Part shown: one piece after another, positions 16,419 through 29,773 of the stretch
How the letters are laid out: the number at the start of each line of letters is the position of its first letter
Numbering within the stretch: position 1 is the stretch's first letter
Assembly (NCBI RefSeq): GCF_018350175.1
Contig: NC_058368.1
Location: 173,850,001 to 173,914,000 of the forward strand
Source: Felis catus
Taxonomy: Eukaryota
DNA: 64,000 nucleotides
Direction: 5' to 3'
Program-made: the position numbers and the translations under genes
The notes under the pieces: model-generated
Databases searched by the model: none
Told to the model about the DNA's origin: nothing
Seen by the model: the letters and a program-made list of their open reading frames with translations, nothing else

Positions 16419-18028
16419 AGGGGCGCCTGGGTGGCTCAGTTGGTTGAGCATCTGACTTTGGCTCAGGTCATGATCTCACAGTTCGTGAGTTTGAGCCCTG
16501 CATAGGGCTCTGTGCTGACAGCTCAGAGCCTAGAGCCTGCTTCAGATTCTGTGTCTCCCTCTCTCTCTGCCCCACCCCTGCTTGTGCTCTCTGTCTTTCA
16601 AAAATGAATAAACATTAAAAAATTTAAAAATAATAAAATAAAATAAAATTTGAAAGGAAAAACAAAAGACCAAGAATAGCCAAGACAATTCTGAAGAAGA
16701 CAGTGTGGTATTGGCACTAGATAGTCAAACAGATAAATGGACAGAAGAGCAAGTTTACAAACAGACCCATACATTTAGAAAAATTTGATTTATGTCAGAG
16801 GTGGTATTAAAGATTATGAAGAATGGGGAGCCTGGGTGGCTCAGTCGGCTAAGTGTCCGACTTCAACTCAGGTCACGATCTCACGGTCTGTGAGTTCGAG
16901 CCCCGTGTCGGGCTCTGGGCTGATGGCTCAGAGCCTGGAGCCTGCTTCGGATTCTGTGTCTCCCTCTCTCTCTGACCCTCCCCCGTTCATGCTCTGTCTC
17001 TCTCTGTCTCAAAATAAATAAACGTTAAAAAAAATTAAAATAAAAAGTGTTTAAAAAAAAAAAGATTATGAGGAAAAGGATGGAACTTTAAATGGTACCA
17101 CTATCCATTCAGGGAGAAAAATGAAATCAGATCTTAACTTCATGCCAAAATCATAAATCAATTTCAGATTTATTAAAGAAATGAAAAACCCAGTTAAAAT
17201 TTTTTTAGGAAAAAGAACAAGAGAACATCTTTATAATATTTGTGTAAGGAAGGATTTAAAAAAAAAATTTTTTTTAATGTTTATTTATTTTTGAGACAGA
17301 GAGAGACAGAGCATGAATGGGGAAGGGTCAGAGAGAGGGAGACACAGAATCTGAAACAGGCTCCAGGCTCTGAGCTGTCAGCACAGAGCCTGACGCGGGG
17401 CTCGAACTCACAGATTGTGAGATCATGACCTGAGCCGAAGTCGGCCGCTTAACCGACTGAGCCACCCAGGCACCCCAGGAAGGATTTCTTAAGACACAAA
17501 GGGTAAACCATAAAAGAATATTTGACTACATCAAAATTAGGACTTACTGTTTATCAAAAGTACCTTAAAGTTGTAAGACAAGCCACAAATAGAAGGAACT
17601 TGGCAGTGACTGACTTGGGAATACTATGTAGAGAAGAAAATGACTAATTAAAGGCACATGCAATAACATTAATTGTTTTAGAAGATTTTATTTATTTATT
17701 TTTAATTTATTTTTTTTAATTTTTTTAACGTTTTATTCATTTTTGAGACAGAGAGAGACAGAGCATGAACGGGGGAGGGGCAGAGAGAGAGGGAGACACA
17801 GAATTGGAAGCAGGCTCCAGGCTCTGAGCCATCAGCCCAGAGCCCGACGCGGGGCTCGAACTCACGGACCGCGAGATTGTGACCTGAGCCGAAGTCGGCC
17901 GCCCAACGACTGAGCCACCCAGGCGCCCCTATTTTTTTTAAGTAATCTCTACACCCAACTTGGGGCTTGAACTTACAACACGGAGATCAAGAGTTGCACA
18001 CTCTACTGACTGAGCCAGCCAGGCACCC
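16419..18028. mobile_element. SINEC cluster: 16419-16648(+), 16825-17062(+), 17258-17476(-), 17688-17928(-), 17930-18028(-)
   Basis: Canonical heads and tails; TSDs such as AAAATTTGAAAGGAAA and AGGAAGGATTT. Confidence 0.9.
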
Positions 18029-18103
18029 CAACAGTGATTAATTTTATAAACATAATATTGAAGCTAAAAGAAAAACAAAAGAGAATAACATACAATATGA
18101 TTC

Positions 18104-19385
18104 TGTGATATTGTGATATACAGTAGTCCCCCCTTGTCCACAGGGGATACTTTCCAAGACCCTCAGTGAAGGTGTAAAATCGCAGATGATACTGAACCCT
18201 ACATGTTTTCTCCTACGCATACATTCCTATGATAAAATTTAATTTTTAAATTAGGCAAAGTAAAAGATTAATGACCGTAACTCATAAGAGGAAACAATTA
18301 TAACAATATACTGTAATAAAAGTTATGTGATTGTGGTTTCTGTCTCAAAATAACTTCTTGTACTATACTCATCCTTTTTGTGACGATGTGAGATGATAAA
18401 ATGCCTATGTGATGAGATGAGTGAGGTGAATGGTGGATGTAGGCGTTGTGATGAAGTGTTAGGCTACTATGGACCTTCTAATGATATGTCAGAAGGGGGT
18501 CATTGTCTTAAAAACTGCACCTGACCCTGGGTCACTGAAACGTCAGAAAGTGAAACTGAAGAAAGGAGGGGACTACTGTCTTGGTCCTTATCCCTGGTTA
18601 CCGGCAGAACTCCAGTAAACCCCTGTAATTTGCTGAGTGATAGGGTAAGAGGACTGTCTTTTGTTATGTATAAGTCCCTTTCAACCATACCTGAGTTTGC
18701 TAATGACAGCTTCAGGATTGGGGTTAGTTGTCAGAGGAACCAACCAGGCATTTAGAGGGTTAGAATTTTCAGCCCTACTTCTTCAGTCTCTGGGGAGGGG
18801 AGAGGAGCTGGAGATTGAGTTAATCACCAATGGCTAACGATTTTAATCAACAAGACTCATGTCCTGGAGCCTCCATAAAAATCCTAAGCAACAGTTTGGA
18901 GAGCTTCCATGTTGGTGAATACATCCACATACCAGTAGGGAGGCGTACCTCAAACTCCAGGGGGTCAGAAGCTCCTGCACTCGGGACCCTTCTGGACCTT
19001 GCCGTATGTAGCTCTTCATCTGGATGTTCACTTGCATCCTTTATAATAAACTGGTAATAGTAAGTAAAGTGTTTCCCTGAGTTCTGTGAGCTGTTATTAT
19101 CAAAACTTAGGAAGGGGATCATGGGAACCCCCAATTTATAGCCAAGTTGGACAGAATGGTGGGTAACGAGGGCCCAACTACTTGTGACTGGCATCTGTAT
19201 GGGGGGCAGTCATGTGGGACTGAGCCCTTAACCTGTGGGTTCTGCACTAATTCCAGGTAGTATCAGAATTGAGTGAAACTGTAGGGACATCAGTGATGTC
19301 CAGAGTTGGAGAATTAGTTAGTATAAGGAAAAACTCCCCACATGTTTGGTATCAGAAATGATGTGAACAGAGAAATAGCGTTTTC
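18104..19385 (+). mobile_element. MER21-like solo LTR, interrupted by a DNA transposon
   Basis: Begins TGTGATATTGTGAT; body has MER21-like GATTGAGTTAATCACCAATGGC, AAGTGTTTCCCTGAGTTCTGTGAG, TGTGGGACTGAGCCCTTAACCTGTGGG. Confidence 0.75.
18121..18578. mobile_element. MER44/Tigger7-like non-autonomous DNA transposon
   Basis: Terminal inverted repeats CAGTAGTCCCC ... GGGGACTACTG, with TA immediately 5'. Confidence 0.85.
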
Positions 19386-19697
19386 ATTTAGATTCCGTTC
19401 ATATAAAGTCCAAAAATAGGCAGAAGCAAACTATATTATTTAGGTACACACATATAGTAAAACTATAGTGAAAAGCAAGTGAGCATCATGAAAATTAGGA
19501 AGTAGTTGGGAGGAGGAGGGTGGCAAGGCATGGAGGTAGAATGTACATTGAACAAAGAAACATATCTACAACTTTTATAATACAGGCAATATGGCTGCAT
19601 GGGCTTTAACTTAATTTGTTCTACTATATGTTTGCTTTATACATTCCCTCCCCTGCCGCCGTGTGTGTGTGCGTGCAATGTATATCTATATACACAT

Positions 19698-21298
19698 ATT
19701 TTTTTTTTTCAACGTTTATTTATTTTTGGGACAGAGAGAGACAGAGCATGAACGGGGGAGGGGCAGAGAGAGAGGGAGACACAGAATCGGAAACAGGCTC
19801 CAGGCTCTGAGCCATCAGCCCAGAGCCTGACGCGGGTCTCGAACTCACAGAGCACGAGATCGTGACCTGGCTGAAGTCGGACGCTTAACCGACTGCGCCA
19901 CCCAGGCGCCCCCACATATATTTTTTTAAGTTTACTTATCTATTTTGAGAGAAAGAGTGGGGGGAAGGAGGGAGGGAAGGAGAGAGACAGAGAGAGAGGC
20001 AGAGAGAGTGAATCCCAAACAGGCTCTGCACTGTCAGGGCAGAGTCTGACGTGGGGCCTAAATTCACAAACCGTGGGATCATGATCTGAGCTGAAACCAA
20101 GAGTCAGACACTTACCGAATGAGTCATTCATGCACACCTATACACATATTTAAAAAAAAAAAGAAAGTTAAAAAGTCTGTGGAGTAAACGTCTTAGGAAA
20201 TTTCAAGACCTATGTGAAGAAAACTTTAAAAAAGCCCATTTAAGTAAGGATCCTAAATGTCTAAATTCATGAAAACACTATTCTACCACTATCGTGTAGA
20301 AAGATGCAGCATTGTAGGATAGCAAATCTTTCTACGTTAATCTGTTCATTTAAAATGCTGAGGATTTTTAGAAAATGTGACAGAATGACATTAAAGTTTA
20401 ATTATAATGTGTGAAATTTTGATTAAGAAAATAAGTGTTGCTAATTAACAAATGGAGGGAAGCCTTTCACAATATATATGTATATCAAATCACCGCAATG
20501 TATACTTTAAATATCTTATAATGTTATTTACACTTCAATTGAATTACACCTCAATAAGGCTGAAATTAAAAACAAACAACTTTACAAACGTGACAAAAGC
20601 CAGAAAAACTGGCAAATAATGAGCCGGGGACTAACACTACCTTAGAGTATTTGAATTTCTTGGATTGGTACGTATAACTTTTTTTTAAATGTTTATTTTT
20701 TGAGAGTGCAAGCGGGGGAGGAGCAGAGAGAATGGGGGACAGTGCAGAGCTTAGTGGACTCTGCACTGACAGCAGCAATCCCACTGTGTGGCTCGAACTC
20801 AGGAACTGCAAGATCATGGCCTGAGCTGAAGTCAGATGCTCAACCAACTGAGCTACCCAGGCACCTCAGTACATGTAACTTTTTTTTTTTTCAACGTTTA
20901 TTTATTTTGGGGACAGAGAGAGACAGAGCATGAACGGGGGAGGGGCAAAGAGAGAGGGAGACACAGAATCAGAAACAGGCTCCAGGCTCTGAGCCATCAG
21001 CCCAGAGCCCGACACGGGGCTCGAACTCACGGACCGCGAGATCGTGACCTGGCTGAAGTCGGACGCTTAACCGACTGCGCCACCCAGGCGCCCCGGTGTT
21101 TTGCCATTTTATTTGAAGTTTATTTTTATTTATTTTGAAAGAGGGAGATAGAGAGCAAGCAAGGGAGGGGCAGAGAAAGAAGGAGACAGAATCCCAAGCA
21201 GGCTCCATGCTGTCAGAATTCACAAACTGTGAGATCATGACCCGAGCTGAAATCAAGAGTCAGATGCTTCTTAACCCACTGAGCCACCCAGGTGCCCC
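19698..21298 (-). mobile_element. SINEC cluster: 19698-19912, 19921-20138, 20679-20866, 20879-21093, 21108-21298
   Basis: Five minus-strand SINE bodies, two of the young CpG-rich type ending GACTGCGCCACCCAGGCGCCCC. Confidence 0.9.
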
Positions 21299-21299
21299 A

Positions 21300-22123
21300 G
21301 ATATTTTGCCATTTTTAAATTAGATTGTTCATTTTCTTATTGAGTTTTAAGAGTTCTTTGTATATTTTTGATAACAGTCTTTTCTCATATGTGTCTTTTG
21401 CATACGTCTTCTCCCAGTCTGTGGCCTGTCTTCTCATTCTCTCGCTGTGATCTTTCACAGAGCAGTTTTTAATTTTGATGAAATTCAGCTTAGCAATTAT
21501 TTCTTTCATGGATTGTGTCTTCGGTGTTGTATCTAAAAAGTCATTGCCCAAAGTCATGTAGGTTTTTTCTACTTTATCTTTTAGGAGTTTTATAGTCTCA
21601 CATTTTACTTTTAGGTCTATGATCTACTTTGAGTTAATTTTTGCTGAGGGTGTAAGATGTTTGTCTAGATTCATTTCTTTGCATCTGAATGTCCAGTTGT
21701 TCCAGCACCATTTGTTGAAAAGACTATTTTTGCTCCATTGAATTACTTTTGCTCCTTTGTCAAAAATCAGCTTACTATATTAATGTGGGTATATTTCTGG
21801 GCTTTCAATTTTGTTCCACTGACCTATTTGTCATTCTTTTTACACTCTCTTGGCTACTGTAATTTGTAGTAAGTCTTGAAGTCAGGTAGTGGCAGTCCTC
21901 TCTTCTTCTCCTTCAATATTGGACTGGCTATTTGCAGTCTTTTGCCTCTCCCTATAAACTTCAATCACCTTATTAATATCTACAAAATAACTTGCTAGGA
22001 TTTTGACTGGGATTGTGTTGAATCTATTGACCAAATTTATAAGAACTGACATCTTGACAATATTGAGTCTTTCTAACCACAAACGTGCAATATTCCTCCA
22101 TTTATTTAGTTCTTTGATATTTC
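21300..22123 (-). mobile_element. Ancient L1M-type ORF2 3' fragment (appears to resume at ~34760-35150)
   Basis: Degenerate ORF2 translations in ORFs 21315..21557 and 21882..22082 (RQATDWEK...[23 protein letters not shown]). Confidence 0.8.
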
Positions 22124-22383
22124 ACCAAAACAATATGGCACTGGCACAATAGAGACATAGATCAACAGAACATAACAGAAAACCCAGAAATAAACACACA
22201 CCTATATGGTCAACTAATATTTGACAAAGCAGCAAAGAATATGCAATGGGAAAAAGACAGTCTCTTCAGCAAATCGTGCTGGGAAAACTGGACAGCAACA
22301 TGCAAAAGAAACTGGACCACTTTCTTACACTATACACAAAAATAAACACAAGATGGATTAAGGACATAAATGTGAGACCTGAA
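22124..22383 (+). mobile_element. Inverted ~260-bp L1 ORF2 fragment
   Basis: Plus-strand sequence homologous to 31326-31592 of the full-length L1 (KTVWYWH...YGQLIFDK...KDLNVR region). Confidence 0.85.
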
Positions 22384-22387
22384 CACT

Positions 22388-25300
22388 TCAGCTTTGTAAT
22401 ATAACTTGAAGTCTGAAATTGTGATGCCCCAGCTTTGTTTTTCTTTTTCAAGATTGCTTTGGCTATTCAGGGTCTTTTGTGGTTCCATACAAATTTTAGA
22501 ATTTTTTGTCCCAGTCCTGTCAAAAAATGCTGTTGGTATTTTGATACGGATTGCATTGAATGTGTAGATTGATTTGGGTAGTACAGATATTTTAACAATA
22601 TTTGTTCTTCCAATCTCTGAGCATGGAATGTCTTTCCATTTCTTTGTGCTATCTTCAATTTTTTCACCAGTGTTTTATAGTTTTTAGAGTACAGGTCTTT
22701 CACCTCTTTGGTTACGTTTATTCCTAGATATCTTATTATTCTTGGTGCAATTGTAAACGGGATATATATATTTTTTAAAGTATGCTGTATACCCAAAATG
22801 GGACTTGAATCCATGACCCCAAGATCAAGAGTCACACGCTCTCCTGACTGAGCCAGCCAGGCACCCCATAAATGGGGGTTTTCTTAATTTCTCTTTCTTC
22901 ATTTTTGGTCTATAGAAATGCAACATATTTCTGTACATTAATTTTGTGTCCTGTGACTTTACTGAATTTATCAGTTCTAATAGTTTTTGGGTGCAGTTTT
23001 ATGGGTTTTCTATATATAGTATTGTGTCATCTGCAAATAGTAAAGATTTTACTGATTTGGATGCATTTATTTTCTTTCTTTCCTTTCTCTTATTTTTCTC
23101 TTCTCTGCTCTCCTCTCTCCCTTTCTTTTCTTTCATTTTTTCTCTTCTCTTTTCCTCTCTGATTGCTGAGGCTAGGACTTCCAGTACTATGAAGAACATA
23201 AGTGGGGAGAGTGGACATCCTTATTCTGTTCCTTACCTTAGGGGAAAAGCTCTAAGTTTTTCCCCAGTCAAGATGATGTTAGCTGTGGGTTTTCATATAT
23301 GGCATTATGTTGAGGCATGTTCCCTTTAAACTTACTTGTCGAGGGTTTTTGTCAGGAATGGATGTTGTACATTGTCAAATGCTTTTTCTCTGTCTACTGA
23401 AATGATAATATGGTTCTTATCCTTCTCTTACTGATGTGATGTATCATGTTGATTGATTTGCAGATATTGAACCACCTTGCAACCCAGGAATTAAACCCAC
23501 TTGATGGTGGTGAATGGTATTTTTAATGTATTGTTGAATCCAGTTTCCTAGTATTTTGTTGAGAATTTTTGCATCTACGTTCATCAGGGATATTCAACTG
23601 TAGCTCTTTTAGTGGTGTCTTTATCTGGTTTTGGTATCAGGGTAATGCTGGCCTCATAGAATGAATTTGGGTTTTCCTCTTTTCTATATTTTGGAATAGT
23701 TTGAGAAGAACAGGTATTAACTCTTCTTTAAATGTTTGGTAGAATTAGCCTGCAAAGCCATCTGGTCCTGGACTTTTGTTTGTTGGGAGATTTTTGATTA
23801 CTAATTCAACTTCTTTGCTGGTTAAACAAGTCTGTTCAAAATTTGTATTTCTTCCTGCTTCAATTTTGGTAGGTTATATGTTTCTAGGAATTTATTTCTT
23901 CTAGGTTGTCTAATTTGTTGGCATATAGTTTTTCATAATGTTCTCTTGTGATTGTATTTCTGTGGTGTTGGTTGTTATCTCTCCTCTCTCATTTGTGATT
24001 TTAATTTGAGTCATTTCTCTTTAAATTTTTTTTTTCAACGTTTATTTATTTTTGGGACAGAGAGAGACAGAGCATGAACGGGGGAGGGGCAGAGAGAGAG
24101 GGAGACACAGAATCGGAAACAGGCTCCAGGCTCTGAGCCATCAGCCCAGAGCCCGATGCGGGGCTCGAACTCACGGACCGCGAGATCGTGACCTGGTTGA
24201 AGTCGGACGCTTAACCGACTGCGCCACCCAGGCGCCCCGAGTCATTTCTCTTTATAAGTCTGGCTAGAGGTTTATCAATTTTCTTCATTTTTTTCAAAGA
24301 ACCAGCTGATTTCACTGATCTGTTCTGTTTGTTTGGTTTTGGTTTCTATACCACTTATTTCTGCTCTAATCTTTATTATTTCCTTCCTTCTGCTTGTTTG
24401 GCTTTTGTTTGTTCTTCTTTTTCTAGCTCCTGTAGGTGTTAAGGTTGAGTTGTTTATTTCAGATTTTTCTTGCTTCTTGATGTAGGTCTGTATTGCTATA
24501 AATTTCCTTCTTAGAGCCACTTCTGCTGCATCCCAAAGGTATTGGACCATTGTGTTTTCACTTTTATTTGTTTCCATGTACTTGTTTATTTCTTCCTTTA
24601 TTTCCTGGTTGACCCATTCATTGTTTAGTAGCAGGTTATTTAATCTTCATGTATTTGTGGTCTTTCCCAATTTTTCTTGTGGTTGACTTCTAGATTCATA
24701 GTGTTGTGGTAAGAAAAGATGCATGGTATGACTTCGATCTTGAATTTGAGGCTTGTTTTGTGGGCTAATATATGATCTATTCTGGAGCATGTTCCATGTG
24801 CACTTGAAAAGAATGTGTATTCTGCTGTTTTAGGATGGGATGCTCTGAATATATCTGTTAAATCCATCTGTTCCAGTGTGTCATTCAAAGCCATTGTTTC
24901 CCTGTTGATTTTGTTTAGATGATCTGCCATTGATGTAAGTGCTGTGTTAAAGTCCCCTACTATTATTGTAATATTATTGACTAGTTCCTTTATGTTTGTT
25001 ATTAACTGTCGTATGTGTTTGGGTGGTCCTATGTTGGGTGCACAGATATTTACAACTGTTATATCTTCTTGTTGGATTGTCCTATTATTATATAGTGTCC
25101 TTTTTGGTCCCTTGTTACAGTCTTTGTTTTACAGTCTATATTGTCAGATCTAAGTATTACTAACCCAGTTTTCTTTTGACATCCATTTGCATGATAGGTG
25201 TTTTTCCATCACCTAACTTTCAATGTGCAGGTGTCTTTAGGTCTAAAAGGAGCCTCTTGTAGGCAGTATATAGATGGGTCTTGTTTTTTTTTTTTATCCA

Positions 25301-25790
25301 ATCTGTCACCCCATGTCTTTTTTTTCCCCCGTTACCTTATGTCTTTTGATTGGAGCATTTAGCCCATTTCCATTCAAAGTAATTATTGATAGATATGTAA
25401 TTACTGGCATTTTAGTATTTGTTTTGTGGTTGTTTCTAAAGATTTTCTCTGATCCTTTCTTGTCTTTCTTTCATGGCTTATTTTCTTTAGTGATATACTT
25501 GGATTTCTTTCTGTTTATTCTTTGCGTATTCATTAGCTTTTGATATATGGTTACCAGTAGGTTTCTACATAACCTCTTCTGCATATAGCAGTCTATATTA
25601 ATTCGATGGCTGCTTAAGTTTGAGCCTATCCTTTATTCCTCTCCTTCCCCTACATTTTAGGTATATGGTCTCCTATTTTATATCCTTTTATTTTGTGAGT
25701 TCCTTGATTGAGTTTTTACAGAAGTGTTCATATTTACTGCTTTTTTATTATCTTTATAGTGTCACTCCTTTCTACTAAAAGAATCCCCTT
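22388..25790 (-). mobile_element. Older carnivore L1, ORF2 portion (host of the full-length L1)
   Basis: Minus-strand ORF2 fragments ([34 protein letters not shown]); continuous with 32770-34759 once the inserted L1 is removed. Confidence 0.9.
24024..24238 (-). mobile_element. Young SINEC_Fc inserted in the older L1
   Basis: TSD GAGTCATTTCTCTTTA at 24008-24023 and 24239-24254. Confidence 0.92.
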
Positions 25791-28700
25791 TAATATTTTG
25801 CAGTGTAGGGGAGTAGCCAACATGGCCGAACAGCATGGAAGCTTTTTTGTGTCTTGCGTTCATGAAATACAGCCAGATCAATACTAAACCATCCTGCATA
25901 CCTAGAAAACTGACTTGAGGATTAACACAACAATCTGCACAACTTGAACCACAGAACTCAGTAGGTATGCAGTGTGGAGAGGTGAACTAGGTGAGAGAAA
26001 GGCCGCAGAGGGCAGGGAGGTGTTTTTACTTACAGAGAGAGGATGGGGACAGGGGGAGAGTTCAGGAAAAGCACCCCCCCCCCCCACCAAAGCAGCTGGA
26101 GGGAAAGTGGCAAAGTGGAAACAGCCACAGGGACTAAACTAAAAAGGGAGAAAGGAGAAAGGAGAGGGTTTAAATTCCATTAAGACTCTATAAACAGGGG
26201 GAGCACAGAGTCTGAAACTCTGCAGCTCAATACCTGGTGGTGCTCTGGTGGGAAGGGTAAATCCTTCCCAGAGTGGGGTCTGGGAAGTTCTCAGGCCACA
26301 CAGGGAGAAGTGGTTCCACTGCTGGAAAGATATTTGGTAGAGGCTGTGCAGCCACCTGGTCCCAGCAGACCCTAGAGAACAACCACATCTGCTGGTGCTG
26401 GAACAAGGTCATTAAGGGTGAAGCCTGGTGCCAGATGTGTGTTGTGATTTTCCAAAACCCCTGAAACACTGCTGTTACATGACTGCATGAACTTTTTCTG
26501 GGGTGGGCTGGCATCCAGCCACAGTCTCTGGGCATCGGCAGCAGCATGGTCCCACGAACATTCCTGGATGTGGCTGGCATCCAGGCATTGCTCGGTGAGA
26601 CACTGCTGCAGACAGTCAGAAAGGGTCAAAGCCGCAGTCCCTCAGAAGTGAGGGGTGGGGAAACACAGCTGCTTTTGAGAGAAAACTCAGGAGGGAGGTG
26701 CCTCCTGGCAACCTGACGGCTTGGTCACAGACAGTGTAAAAGCGGGGAGTGGATGGAAACTGGAGAGAAAGGATGGGTGCATGATTGCTGGTTGGGGAGA
26801 GCAGAGTTCCAATACTAGAGACTGGGTAGCTGGGTGATGCCATTTTCACCCCTCTGTGCATGTGCATACCCACCCAGAAGTGCCACAACAATCCACCCCA
26901 ATAAGCTACACAGTGCCATTTAGTAGAGAATGGGGCCGTTACACTAAGCCCTGGCCAACTGTGCCAAACTCACTCTTGACGTACACCGCAAATCTCTCCA
27001 CCTGCCTAGTTTATGACTATAAAGGGCTTCACAGTTTGACTTCTAGAGGAAACTGATGTAGTTTCAATCGTATTTCAGTCTGTTTGCTGATCTATATATT
27101 CAATTTTCTTTTTTTTTCTTCTTCTTCGTTTCTTCTTTTTCTTGAATACAGAAAAAAATCTATTTTTATTTTCAATTCTTATTAAAAATATTTTTATTTT
27201 TTCTACTATATATCATACTTTTTTGATAAGTTTTTCAAATTCTATTTTACTTCCATCATTTCATTTTATTCTATTTCATTGTATTCAGTTTCACAAATTT
27301 TCAAACGTTTTCCTTTTTCCCACTTTTTTTTCTCTAATCTATCAAGCTCCTTTCAATAACCAGACCAAAACACACCTAGAATCTAGCATCATTTATTTGA
27401 TTTTTGTGTGTGTATTATTTTTAATTTTTTAATTTTAATTTTTTATTACCTTATCAATTCCTTTTCTCCCTTCAAAATGATGAAACAATGGAATTCACTC
27501 CAAGAGAAAGAGCAGGAAGAAACGAAAACCAGGGACTTAATCGACACAGATACAAGATGTCTGAACCAGAATTTAGAATCATGATAATAAGAATACTAGC
27601 TGGGTTCGAAAATAGATTAGAATCCCTTTCTGCGGAGATAAAAGAAGTAAAAACTAGTTAGGATGAAATAAAAAATGCTATAACTGAGCTGCAATCTCGA
27701 ATGGATGCCACGGTGGCAAGGATGGGTGAGGCAAAACAGCAAATCAGCAATGTAGAGGACAAACTTATGGAGAATAATGAAGCAGAAAAAAAGAGGGAGA
27801 CTAAGGCAAAAGAACACGATTTAAGAACTAGAGCATCCAGTGACTCATTAAAAAAGAACAACATCAGAATCATAGGGGTCCCAGAAGATGAAGAGATAGA
27901 AAAAGGGGTAAGAGTTATGTGAGCAAATCATAGCAGAAAACTTTCCTAACCTGGGGAAAGACACAGACATCAAAATCCAGGAAGCACAGAGGACTCCCAT
28001 AATATTCAACAAAAACCGACCAACAGCAAAGCATGTCATGGTCAAATTCACAAAATACTCAGGCAAGGAAAGAATCATGAAAGCAGCAAGGGAAAAAAAA
28101 AATCCTTAACCTACAAGGGAAGACAGATCAGGTTTGCAACAGATGTATCCACAGAAACTTGGCAGACCAGAAGGGAGTAGCAAGATATATTCAATGTGCT
28201 GAATTGGAAAAATATGCAGCCAAGAATTCTTTATCCAGCAAGGCTGTCACTCAAAGTAGGAGATTAAAAGTTTCCCAAACAAAAATTAAAGGAGTTCATG
28301 ACCACTAAAACAGCCCTGCAAGAAATTTTAAGGGGGACTCTCTGAGAAAAGATGGGGAAAAAAATACCAAAAGCAACCAAGACTAGAAAGGACCAGAGAA
28401 CACCACCAGAAACTCCAACTCTATAAGAAACATAATGGCAATAAACTTGTATCTTTCAATACTCACTCTAAACGTCAATGGACTAAATGTTCCAATCAAA
28501 AGACACTGGGTAACAGAATGGACAAGAAAACAAGATCCGTCAATATGCTGTTTACAAGAGACCCACTTCAGACCTAAAGATACCTTCAGATTGAAGATAA
28601 GAGGATGGAGAACCATCTATCATGCTAATGGTTGACAAAAGAAAGCCAGAGTAGCCATACTTATATCAGACAATCTAGACTTCAAACTAAAGACTGTAAC

Positions 28701-29559
28701 AAGAGATGCAGAAGGGCATTATATCATAATTAAGGGGTCTATACACCAAGAAGACCTAACAATTGTAAACATTTATGCTCCATATGTGACAGCACCCAAA
28801 TTCATAAATCAATTAATTACAAACATAAAGAATCTCATTGATAATAATACCATAATAGTAGGGGACTTCAACACCCCAATTACAACAATGGACAGATCAT
28901 CTAAACAGAAAATCAACAAGGAAACAATGCCTTTAAATGACACCGGACCAGATGGACTTAACAGATATATTCAGAACATTTTATCCTAAAGCAGTGGAAT
29001 ATACATTCTTCTCCAGTACACATGGAACGTTCTCCAGAATAGACCATGTACTGAGACACAAATCAGCCTTCAACAAGTACAAAAAGATTGAGATCATACC
29101 ATGCATATTTTCAGACCACAACACTATGAAACTTGAAATCAACCACAAGAAAAAATTTGGAAAGACAGCAAACACTTGGAGACTAAAGAACATCCTCCTG
29201 AGAAAGAATGAATGGACTAACCAAGAAGTTAAAAAGGAAATTATAACGTACATGGAAGCCAACAAAAATGATAACACCAAGACCAAAACCTCTGGGATGC
29301 AGCAAAGATGGTCGTAAGAGGGAAGATTATAGCAATCCAGGCCTTCCTAAAGAAGGAAGAAAGGTCTCAGATACACAACCTAACCTTACACCTTAAAGAG
29401 CTGGAGAAAGAACAGCAAATAAACCCAAAACCAGCAGAAGACAGGAAATAATAAAGATTAGAGCAGAAAACAATGCTATTAAAAGCAAAAACAAACAAAC
29501 AAACAAACAAACAAAAAAACCCAGTAGAACAGAATAATGAAACCAGAAACTGGTTCTTT

Positions 29560-29773
29560 TTTTTTTTTTTCAACGTTTATTTATTTTTAGGACAGAGAGA
29601 CACAGAGCATGAACAGGGGAGGGGCAGAGAGAGAGGGAAACACAGAATGGGAAACAGGCTCCAGGCTCTGAGCCATCAGCCCAGAGCCTGACGTGGGGCT
29701 CGAACTCACGGACCGCGAGATCGTGACCTGGCTGAAGTTGGACGCTTAACCGACTGCGCCACCCAGGCGCCCC
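29560..29773 (-). mobile_element. Young SINEC_Fc inserted in ORF2 of the full-length L1
   Basis: TSD AGAAACTGGTTCTTT at 29545-29559 and 29774-29788. Confidence 0.93.

Larger units (their letters stand above)
12800..17600 (+). mobile_element. Ancient L1M/ME ORF2 relic fragmented by SINEs and an LTR
   Basis: A-rich degenerate ORF2-like sequence (e.g. AAAGCATTTGATAA..ATTCAACATCCATTC at ~14955; CAGTGTGGTATTGGCAC at ~16701). Confidence 0.7.
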
